From the IMG/VR virus record IMGVR_UViG_3300044711_000045, positions 5,300-69,299 of that record: 64,000 nt of DNA; one strand, written 5' to 3'. Made by a program: the position numbers and the translations under genes. The notes beneath the pieces are model-generated. The model was given only the letters and a program-made list of their open reading frames with translations, searched no databases and was not told where the DNA came from. How positions within the stretch are numbered: the stretch's first letter is position 1; every line of letters starts with the position of its first letter. Origin of the DNA: a virus. Taxonomy: Duplodnaviria > Caudoviricetes. This document shows, in pieces, positions 56,544-64,000 of this stretch.

Positions 56544-56809
56544 TCCGCTTCCCACTCCAACAACAGCAACCCATTGGCCCCGACATCGCGGCGCAGTACC
56601 AGCAGCCGCAATTCATGAATATTCAGCACGCACCAATGGAACAGCGGCAACAGAATGACGGCGGTGGAATAGCAAGTGGGGCACTCAATCTTGGTGCCGC
56701 ACTACTCGCCAAGTACGGCAAACAGCCAATGTCAAGGAAGATGACGGACGCGCCGTTGCGACCACGCATGATGATGGATGGGATGGGTGGAAGTGGAGAT
56801 TACGTATGA
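56540..56809 (+). CDS. Q/M/G-rich putative virion protein
   Basis: GGGIASGALNLGAALL. Confidence 0.5.
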   Translation: MIRFPLQQQQPIGPDIAAQYQQPQFMNIQHAPMEQRQQNDGGGIASGALNLGAALLAKYGKQPMSRKMTDAPLRPRMMMDGMGGSGDYV

Positions 56810-57021
56810 GCTTTCTCAAGGCGTCACAACGAGCGAAGTTGAAGAAGTCACAGTTTGCTATCCCTTCTCGTGCGCCAAAATCAGGAAGCTATCCGGTAAA
56901 TGACGCAAATCACGCTCGCAATACCCTTGCTCGTGTAAGTCAGCACGGTTCATCTTCAGAGAAGGCGCAAGTACGTGCGGCAGTGAGAAAACGATTTCCG
57001 AATATTAAGGTTGGTAAGTAA
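56806..57021 (+). CDS. Small basic phage protein (YPVNDxxHARxxLARV motif)
   Basis: LKASQRAKLKKSQFAIP...YPVNDANHARNTLARVSQ, a motif commonly seen in phage head modules. Confidence 0.7.
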   Translation: MSFLKASQRAKLKKSQFAIPSRAPKSGSYPVNDANHARNTLARVSQHGSSSEKAQVRAAVRKRFPNIKVGK

Positions 57022-57033
57022 GGAGAATCAATC

Positions 57034-57387
57034 ATGCCTTTAGCTGGATTGCATTTCGATGCTCAACAACTGTCACGTCAGCAGATAGGGGCCGCATGTA
57101 AACAGGCCGTCGCTGCATACGGCTATTATCCGTTCTTAACCGACGGAACAGTTAGTAGCGCCGACACGAATAGTGGGCTTCAATCCGCCGTGACTGCCGC
57201 CGCTGCCACTCGACACGCGGACGAACGTTACGCTGCGCCGCGCATCAATCTCGGCATTACGTTAGGTCTATACTCAACCGAGTTGTCTAACGCTCGCATC
57301 TTGGGGCTAACGACAACGACGGGGCTGATCGATTTAACTTACGCGAACTCGGCTAACATTGGCGGTGGGTCGCAGCCTCCAGAGTAA
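57034..57387 (+). CDS. Hypothetical protein
   Basis: AAGGAG RBS. Confidence 0.65.
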   Translation: MPLAGLHFDAQQLSRQQIGAACKQAVAAYGYYPFLTDGTVSSADTNSGLQSAVTAAAATRHADERYAAPRINLGITLGLYSTELSNARILGLTTTTGLIDLTYANSANIGGGSQPPE

Positions 57388-57749
57388 TGCGCTGGCCTTG
57401 GTCCAATCGATCTGAAATCCTCCGCCTGCTTGAGCAGGTCGCAAAGGCAGAGAAACGCGCAGAGCTAGCGGAGTTGCGTTTAGAAACTGAGCGCAAGTCA
57501 AAAGACTACCTCACTCTCGAACTCGCTTCCCGTGTCATGACAGCTTCACGTCAGTACGGGATCGTGGAGCGCGTGGAGGAGAAGCGAGAGGCGAGGCCAC
57601 AAGTGGAGGCGTTGACAGCGTTTCAAGAAGCGGAGCGTGAGCAGTGGGCTAACTTTGCTGTCGCGGAAGGACTTGAAAAGGAAGACGGTTACGCCAAATG
57701 GGAGGCGCATCAACGCGGCGAACTGTTGCCGTATGAGAGGATGAATTGA
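57387..57749 (+). CDS. Coiled-coil hypothetical protein
   Basis: TAATG coupling. Confidence 0.6.
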   Translation: MRWPWSNRSEILRLLEQVAKAEKRAELAELRLETERKSKDYLTLELASRVMTASRQYGIVERVEEKREARPQVEALTAFQEAEREQWANFAVAEGLEKEDGYAKWEAHQRGELLPYERMN

Positions 57750-57952
57750 GCGGCATAATTCGGTTTAACAACGATGTCATAATGGAAGTCGAGGGAGACG
57801 TACACAATCGACGTTATCTGCTCAAGGTTGCCGACTGCGGTGAAGATATCGTTATTGACTTAACTTCATTAGTGATTAAGCCCCTCATTTGTGACTACAA
57901 CTGTTCCGTTTGCTCTGAGCGTGTAAGGCAAGCCTCTACACGCCTAAATTAG
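57746..57952 (+). CDS. Hypothetical protein
   Basis: Coupled ORF. Confidence 0.45.
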   Translation: MSGIIRFNNDVIMEVEGDVHNRRYLLKVADCGEDIVIDLTSLVIKPLICDYNCSVCSERVRQASTRLN

Positions 57953-57960
57953 ATCTCCCT

Positions 57961-60546
57961 ATGGCCGCAGCCCTTCAACAACCCCCGCAGCAGTCAACTA
58001 ACCTAGCGCCTTTGAAGCCGCTTTTAGAGTTGCGCGATGGTTCACGTAAACCTGATTCGCGCATCTCGAAAGCATTAAAGGAAAAGTTCACTTACTACAA
58101 TAAACTGAAGTCGGAAGTCTGGAACGAAATCTATTCCGTAGGTCAACTAGTCAGTTCCTTCTGCGAAGGCAACCAAATCCTCACTCGCAATCCCTACACG
58201 GGAGCCTATGCCATTGTCCCGGTTAAGCGTCACGATTCCTCCACTCCCTACGCCATGAACTTCATGCAGTTCTTTCGTCAAAATCTCATTGAGAAGTGGG
58301 AAGAGGCGACGCCGGATGTGAATATAACTCCCGGTCGTAACACTGACCAATCCGTGATTGCGTCCAAGGGTGCGAATGTTATCTGGAAACACTATCAGAA
58401 GAAGTATTACGACGCGTGGTTCTCACAGCAACAGTGCATTCTAGGACACAGTTATGGCACCTACGTTGATGAAGTCCGCTACGACGACTCCGAAGCCACT
58501 CTCACTGTTATCCGAGACGTGTTTGAGCAGAAGCAGGTCACAATGGGGGATGGGTATGGCTTCTGTCCTGATTGTCAGAATGGTGGGCCAGCGAGACAAT
58601 TTCAACCGTTAGGCGAAGTCAATGCCGCGATGATTCCCGCGAAGTGTTTAGAGTGCGGCGGTGAGTCGGCGGTAATCGAGTCGTTAGGTCAAGGTACGGC
58701 GCAGTCGGCATCTGGAACCCGTAATGAATCCATCGGGGATCTCGTCTGTCGTCAACATCCGTTGCCGTCGTTGAAGTGGGATCTAATGAAGCGGCTTGAG
58801 GATTCGTCCTACCTGATTGTGCGTCAACGAGTGCCTAAAGGCGCAGTAATGCGTCTCATTGGCAACCTCGCGCTTCCATCCAACGATGATCGTGATCAGG
58901 GACTCGACATCATCGAGCAATCAGGCTGGACGGGACAGGCGCTCCGTGGTCGCGGCGGATACGGGTATGGCAATCTCTCAGATGAATTAAAGAAGGAGCA
59001 GATCACCTACGATGAAATGTATCTCATGCCGGAGTGTTATGCAGACATCAACCTCATGGGTGACGAGGAGACGGTGGGTGGAACGACGATCCCGAAAGGT
59101 AAGTTAACTGACATCTTCCCAGATGGCATCTGCGTTGTCGGACTTAATGGCATGTCCGTCATCCTCGCCATCTACCCTGAGAAGCATCGCGATCACTTCG
59201 TGTCCGGCGTGTGGTTTATGAAAGCAATGACAGGTGCGGGACGTGGAATAGTTGACTCCGTTGAAGTGCAGAAACGCTACAACAGTTTCGACTCCCAACG
59301 AATCAACTATTGGGGTACACTGGCGACTCCGGCGACGTTCTATGATCAGGAAATGATACCGGGCTCACGGTTGAAGTATCTTGGTACACCGCGCACGAAC
59401 ATACCAGTTAACCTTACCAAGTTACCTGAAGGCCGTAAGTTGGCTGAGATGCTGCACCAGTTCACTCCCGCCTCCATTCCCGGCGCATTTCTCCAATACA
59501 CGGACGAGAACCTGCAAAAAGCTTTCCAGTACACCACAATGGTGACGAACTACAGCGGGAGCGGGACGGCGGGTATCACGGAATCCAACGACACCGCGAC
59601 AGCCGCGCAGATCGATCAATCCAACTCTGACGCGATCAATGGACCAATCTTTCAAATCAAAGGTGAAGTATGGAAGCGCGAGGCGGAGATCACTGTAGAG
59701 CAATTCCGTCGTCACTTTCCAATGGGCCGATTTTTCTCTATCGGAGGCAAGTACGGCAAACAGCAAGGGCAAATGATCTACGGAGCCGACCTCTGCGACG
59801 ATCTAAACTACGAAGTCGCTAAAGGCTCACACTTGCCCAAGGGACCAATGGCAACGCGACAGAATCTCATGGGGCTGTTTGGCGTGACGCAAGGGGCTGA
59901 AGGTTACGTGATGTTGAAACAGGCTGATCCGAAACTTGCTGACCAACTGCGTCAAGGCTTTGACGTGGACATTGACGATGAGGAGTTCGGCGCAGTGGCG
60001 GAGATTTGTCGGAGGCGATTGGATCAGATGAAGGAAGCGGAGAAGGTGGGCGTGACGGAGGCTGAGGCGTTAATTGAGGCGATTCAACCGCCGATTAGTT
60101 CTTACGAATTACACCTGAAAGATAAAAGTCAATGGTTTGCTGCGAGTCTTGATACTGATGAATTAATGGACGCCTCGCCTGGACTACGGGGCGCTTGTGA
60201 ACTATTAGCCGCTGGACAGTTTCAAGGGAGTGTTCAACAGGGGTCGGTTATTGCTGCGGGTGCAGGAGCGGTTCAAACGGCTGGCTCTATGCCGCAAGCG
60301 TTAGGGCAGAAAGCCCTTGAACCTGAGCCAGCGCAAGAGGAGCCGCCGCAAATTGATCCCAACAATGTGCTAAACTTGCAAGGTCAGCAAGCGCAAGGTG
60401 AGATGGATGCGGTGGAAGCGGAGAAGCAACGCACTCACGAGAAGCAGCAAAGAACGCACGAGAAAACCATGCAAGCGGCAGAACACAAAAACAAACTTGC
60501 ACTTGTAAAGGCTAAGCCGAAGCCTAAGGTGACGGGGAAGAAATGA
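57961..60546 (+). CDS. Portal protein (P22-like) with zinc-ribbon insert
   Basis: 861 aa upstream of scaffold/capsid. GAGRGIVDSVEVQKRYN, TATAAQIDQS, Q/E-rich barrel C-terminus, CPDC...CLEC insert. Confidence 0.8.
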   Translation: MAAALQQPPQQSTNLAPLKPLLELRDGSRKPDSRISKALKEKFTYYNKLKSEVWNEIYSVGQLVSSFCEGNQILTRNPYTGAYAIVPVKRHDSSTPYAMNFMQFFRQNLIEKWEEATPDVNITPGRNTDQSVIASKGANVIWKHYQKKYYDAWFSQQQCILGHSYGTYVDEVRYDDSEATLTVIRDVFEQKQVTMGDGYGFCPDCQNGGPARQFQPLGEVNAAMIPAKCLECGGESAVIESLGQGTAQSASGTRNESIGDLVCRQHPLPSLKWDLMKRLEDSSYLIVRQRVPKGAVMRLIGNLALPSNDDRDQGLDIIEQSGWTGQALRGRGGYGYGNLSDELKKEQITYDEMYLMPECYADINLMGDEETVGGTTIPKGKLTDIFPDGICVVGLNGMSVILAIYPEKHRDHFVSGVWFMKAMTGAGRGIVDSVEVQKRYNSFDSQRINYWGTLATPATFYDQEMIPGSRLKYLGTPRTNIPVNLTKLPEGRKLAEMLHQFTPASIPGAFLQYTDENLQKAFQYTTMVTNYSGSGTAGITESNDTATAAQIDQSNSDAINGPIFQIKGEVWKREAEITVEQFRRHFPMGRFFSIGGKYGKQQGQMIYGADLCDDLNYEVAKGSHLPKGPMATRQNLMGLFGVTQGAEGYVMLKQADPKLADQLRQGFDVDIDDEEFGAVAEICRRRLDQMKEAEKVGVTEAEALIEAIQPPISSYELHLKDKSQWFAASLDTDELMDASPGLRGACELLAAGQFQGSVQQGSVIAAGAGAVQTAGSMPQALGQKALEPEPAQEEPPQIDPNNVLNLQGQQAQGEMDAVEAEKQRTHEKQQRTHEKTMQAAEHKNKLALVKAKPKPKVTGKK

Positions 60547-60839
60547 GCGGAATTGACGTAAGGCTAACAAGGGTGGGGCCGGGAAGGTCGCAAGGCTATA
60601 CGGTGTTCTTAGGCACATCTCCAATTGCTTACTATGACCGCGATCCTGTTCAGTTTTCACAAATGTTCCATGTCTTAGTCCTTGCCCAAGGAAAAGAACT
60701 AGGCTACCGCTCCGTGGACACCGAAGACCCTCTGATAGCATTTCTCCGTCAACACTGTGAAATAGAGGCGCGTAAACAACTTGCCCAAGAGCTACCAAAT
60801 GTTTCGTTCCCGATGATCGTAATTGAGGAACGAATGTGA
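60543..60839 (+). CDS. Hypothetical protein
   Basis: ATGA coupling with portal. Confidence 0.55.
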   Translation: MSGIDVRLTRVGPGRSQGYTVFLGTSPIAYYDRDPVQFSQMFHVLVLAQGKELGYRSVDTEDPLIAFLRQHCEIEARKQLAQELPNVSFPMIVIEERM

Positions 60840-61096
60840 AAGATTGCAGGAGACCGCTAGGTTTGAGTGTAATGACCAACGACTCCAACTTCCAACGTGC
60901 GCAGTTCAAGTCGCAGATGGTAATTTTGCGTCACCTTGCAAGCGTGGCTGAACCTGAACAGGCGTCGTACATGTACGATCAATTAACGGAGACTTGTCGT
61001 TTTCTGGCTCGTCGCCGCAACGCCCAAGAGCAACCCACGGATGTGACCTTTAAGAATTGTGTTGCCGAAAACAATAGTTACGCTATAGAATCGTGA
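60836..61096 (+). CDS. Hypothetical protein
   Basis: Coupled ORF, start uncertain. Confidence 0.45.
   Translation: MKDCRRPLGLSVMTNDSNFQRAQFKSQMVILRHLASVAEPEQASYMYDQLTETCRFLARRRNAQEQPTDVTFKNCVAENNSYAIES
61062..61091 (+). promoter_or_regulatory. sigma70-type promoter for scaffold/capsid
   Basis: TTGCCG, 18 nt, TAGAAT. Confidence 0.5.
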
Positions 61097-61135
61097 CAAG
61101 TTAAATAGGCGGTTGGCGATTTATATCGCAATGGC

Positions 61136-61193
61136 CCGTTGGTGCGAGTGGCTTGCTGAATAGTCAGAGGTTGCTTGATGCCAGCGGTTTTTT
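61136..61193 (+). terminator. Terminator/attenuator-like hairpin with U6 tract in scaffold leader
   Basis: CCGTTGG (61136-42) pairs with CCAGCGG (61181-87), followed by TTTTTT. Confidence 0.45.
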
Positions 61194-61207
61194 CGTTTAG
61201 AGGAAAC

Positions 61208-62722
61208 ATGAAAATTCCCTTTTTGTTCCGACCGAGTTTATTTAATCTCTTATTCTTCACTGAGCCATCATCTCTCGACGTAGGCACCTCTTCTCCGAGT
61301 GCAGGGGCTTTGGCTAACGAAGCTTTGGAAGGCTCGTCACCTTCCGATACGGAGCCATCGGTACAATCGCAAGGCAGCGTTATAGCCACCGATGATCAGA
61401 CGCAGACCGCAGGTAACCCTGATCCCTTAGAAGGATTGCCGACCCTTGAGGAATTACAAACTCAAGCCAGTCAGAATATTCCTTACGCTAAGGCGTTGGC
61501 CCAACTGCGCCCTGCTTACGAAAGCATCAAAGCAGCCCACGATACAGTCAACGGTCAGTTTCAGACTTGGAAAGACCCAATCGAGAAGATCGGCGACCCC
61601 ATTCAAGCCCAATACTACCACGACGTATTCTCCGGTCTGCACCAACCTGTAGTCGATCCTTCCAGTGGTCAGGCAATTCTCCGCAACGGTCAACCTGTTT
61701 ACTCGTCAGAAGCGGCACTCATGCGCATGGAGCAGGAGCAGCCGGGCATTGTGGATGAGATCTACGGCGATCTCCTCAAACTTCGCATTCCAGACGAGAA
61801 TAACCGTGTTGACACGCTGGAGAACCACTACTGGCGAGCGAAAGGGTTAGATCCCAACCGACTCGACGACTACCGCAACATTGATGCACGCTCCAGTGGA
61901 ATCGTAACCGCTGAGCAATTGAAAGAGATTCCTGAAGCTTATCATTCCGCGTTCAAGTCGCTACCTGAGTCACTTCGACTCGCGTGGCCGCAATTGGACG
62001 ACGCGGAGAAGCAATACCATCTCAACACTGCTAACGCTGCTATCAAGGCGCAGGAACTTGAAGATCGCATTAACCGCGATCAGCAAGCTCAGCAACAGCA
62101 ACGTCAGCAAGAGATGGAGCAGCGCATTGCTACTAAGCAGGAAGAATCCCTTTCTCAAGTAACTCGGACGATTTACGATTCCATCAACACGAATCTAGCC
62201 TCGCAAATCAAGTTCTCTGAGGCTGATCCGACACTGAATGATTCGCTACGCACGGGGGTGATGGCCCAACTCTATGTCGCCATTGACCCCGCAGGTTATT
62301 TCCTTGTTGAGCCGCAGTTCAAAGCACTAGGTATCAACATGGACTTTCCTGACGCCAAGTGGCACGACGTAATTGAGCAGTTCTCGATGAAGGACAGTGA
62401 GGCGGTGAGACTGGCTGAAGAGGGGCAGGTGGCGTTTGCTCGTCAAGCCCGTGGTCAGGCTAATCAACTCCAGTCCCGCATCGTAGCGAAGCTCAATTCC
62501 GTTGGACTCCAACTAGCTCAACGCGCAGCCGGACATGCAGTGACACGACCAGCGCAGCAGAACAACGGGCCCGTCGCCCGCACGGTGGTTAATGGGAATG
62601 GGTATCAGGGGAATGGGAACGCAAATCCCTATTTGGATAACCCGCATCCCTTTGGCTCACCGGAATACAAGGCTTTCAATCGACAGCTTGATAAGCAGTT
62701 GTATAACGCGGCGAATACTTAG
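61208..62722 (+). CDS. Capsid scaffolding protein
   Basis: GAGG RBS, ATG 61208. Acidic P/S-rich N-terminus and long helical Q-rich region, directly upstream of MCP. Confidence 0.7.
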   Translation: MKIPFLFRPSLFNLLFFTEPSSLDVGTSSPSAGALANEALEGSSPSDTEPSVQSQGSVIATDDQTQTAGNPDPLEGLPTLEELQTQASQNIPYAKALAQLRPAYESIKAAHDTVNGQFQTWKDPIEKIGDPIQAQYYHDVFSGLHQPVVDPSSGQAILRNGQPVYSSEAALMRMEQEQPGIVDEIYGDLLKLRIPDENNRVDTLENHYWRAKGLDPNRLDDYRNIDARSSGIVTAEQLKEIPEAYHSAFKSLPESLRLAWPQLDDAEKQYHLNTANAAIKAQELEDRINRDQQAQQQQRQQEMEQRIATKQEESLSQVTRTIYDSINTNLASQIKFSEADPTLNDSLRTGVMAQLYVAIDPAGYFLVEPQFKALGINMDFPDAKWHDVIEQFSMKDSEAVRLAEEGQVAFARQARGQANQLQSRIVAKLNSVGLQLAQRAAGHAVTRPAQQNNGPVARTVVNGNGYQGNGNANPYLDNPHPFGSPEYKAFNRQLDKQLYNAANT

Positions 62723-62733
62723 GAGAAGAAATC

Positions 62734-64000
62734 ATGCCAGCAGCAGAATTCAGTCAGTATACCGATCTGAAGCGTCAGGCGGTCGAAAAACAAGTCTACA
62801 AATTCTACGAAGACAACGATCCCGGCATGCGAGCCTTTGGCGAGGCTGTGGATAAGCCGCAACTTACTGAGAAGGGTTATCGCTTGCCGGACTACGCGCA
62901 ACGCCCGACAGGTGGCACGTGGTTTACTCCGTCACAGTCGGACTTCAATGCAGCCAACGCAGGTCAGACGGCCTCCATGTGGGTTTATCCTACAATGATG
63001 GCATACCCGATCCAATGGACAGGCTCAGCCATTGAGTCGTTTGAAAACGACACCGCCGATAACGTCAATGGATTTGATGAGATAATGGGAACCTATACCA
63101 GTGCGGCGCAGAAGTGGTTGGAATTATTCTTCTTCCGCAATGGGAATGGGGCGCTAGCATATTCAGCGTCAACTATTAGTTCTCTTGGTTCACAAACATT
63201 GACAGGCTCAACCACGTGGGGCGGTTCGCCGGGGTACACGAAAGGTACATCCTACCTCTGGCCTAACGGACAGTTTCAGGCAATCAACGCCTCCACCAAT
63301 CAAGTACGAGGCAACTTTACCGTTACGACCGCTGGATCAACATCCTGCACGATCAACCTAACCTCTGGAACTATTACCAGTGGCGATCCAATCGTCCCGC
63401 AGGGTGCGTGGCAAATGGCAATGCGTGGTCTGGATTGGTTGATCTCGCCTACCAATCGCGTCTTGCAAGGGTTGGACACTTCTGTCTACACCGATCTCAA
63501 TGCTCCCGGCATTGATCTCGGTGGTGCACTTCTAACCCCGGCTGCCATTGAGAACGCTAAGGCGCTTTTGCAAACTCGCAACAACATGACGGACGCCAAG
63601 AACAATCTGACGGCGTTTATCACTCCCGGCCAGTGGTCCACCATCCGCAAGCAGGGCTACAACTTCTCCTACTACGTGCGGAATCAGGAAAACTCCGACA
63701 CGATGAAGGGTGTTCAACAGGACTACACGGATGGTGATACACGGTTTATTCTGTGCGCCGATCAGGATGACTGCACCGTGCAGTTCGCCGTCACCGCTAA
63801 GATGAAGATGTATACCCAGAAGAAGTTTGGAACGTACAACTTCGACAAGCAGGAGTGGCGTATGTTGCTGGGAGCAAATAACACTGGTAGCGACAACTAC
63901 CAGCGCGCAATTGGCGCAAAGATGAATCCGGCAACTCTTTCACCGAGGGCGACTGCGTATCTCTGGCAGGCTCAACAAGCGGTGGCAACCACAGTGACAG
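62734..64000 (+). CDS. Major capsid protein, 3'-truncated (absent from ORF track)
   Basis: AGGAG RBS, ATG 62734, frame open to the window end: MPAAEFSQYTDLKRQAVEKQVYKFYE...FFRNGNGALA...LTAFITPGQWSTIRK. The HK97-like layout has an insertion domain. Confidence 0.8.
   Translation, partial: MPAAEFSQYTDLKRQAVEKQVYKFYEDNDPGMRAFGEAVDKPQLTEKGYRLPDYAQRPTGGTWFTPSQSDFNAANAGQTASMWVYPTMMAYPIQWTGSAIESFENDTADNVNGFDEIMGTYTSAAQKWLELFFFRNGNGALAYSASTISSLGSQTLTGSTTWGGSPGYTKGTSYLWPNGQFQAINASTNQVRGNFTVTTAGSTSCTINLTSGTITSGDPIVPQGAWQMAMRGLDWLISPTNRVLQGLDTSVYTDLNAPGIDLGGALLTPAAIENAKALLQTRNNMTDAKNNLTAFITPGQWSTIRKQGYNFSYYVRNQENSDTMKGVQQDYTDGDTRFILCADQDDCTVQFAVTAKMKMYTQKKFGTYNFDKQEWRMLLGANNTGSDNYQRAIGAKMNPATLSPRATAYLWQAQQAVATTVT

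Noticed and set aside
1-64000. Stop-codon recoding suggested by phage tRNA and many short ORFs
   Set aside because: Core genes are full length in code 11, and the tRNA anticodon is UAA (Leu, reads UUA), not a suppressor.

Overview
The window is most of a tailed dsDNA phage genome with podovirus-like organisation. It starts inside a tail-tubular/DNA-stabilisation gene and ends inside the major capsid gene. Layout: (1) 1-14.2 kb, + strand tail/virion module with a glycosyltransferase, an acetyltransferase and two HNH endonucleases; (2) an inverted tRNA-Leu(UAA) / RNA ligase / AEP primase-like cassette; (3) small and membrane/secreted accessory genes; (4) an RNA-rich zone at 20.7-25 kb with four structured non-coding elements; (5) a - strand early region (SNF2 helicase-DNA methyltransferase fusion, beta clamp, RusA-like resolvase, SSB-like, AAA_24, Cas4/RecB-like nuclease, Pif1-like helicase); (6) RHH/HTH regulators at sigma70-type promoters, many apparently leaderless; (7) terminase, ejection-type proteins, portal, scaffold and capsid. 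I recognised no integrase, DNA polymerase or endolysin. Host cannot be assigned. The most notable observation is two divergent copies of a tRNA-shaped RNA with a shared D-arm/T-arm core, compensatory base changes, no canonical anticodon loop and no encoded CCA, in the same genome as an RNA-repair-like operon. All protein family calls come from motifs recognised by eye, not from database searches. RNA structures were derived by manual pairing.
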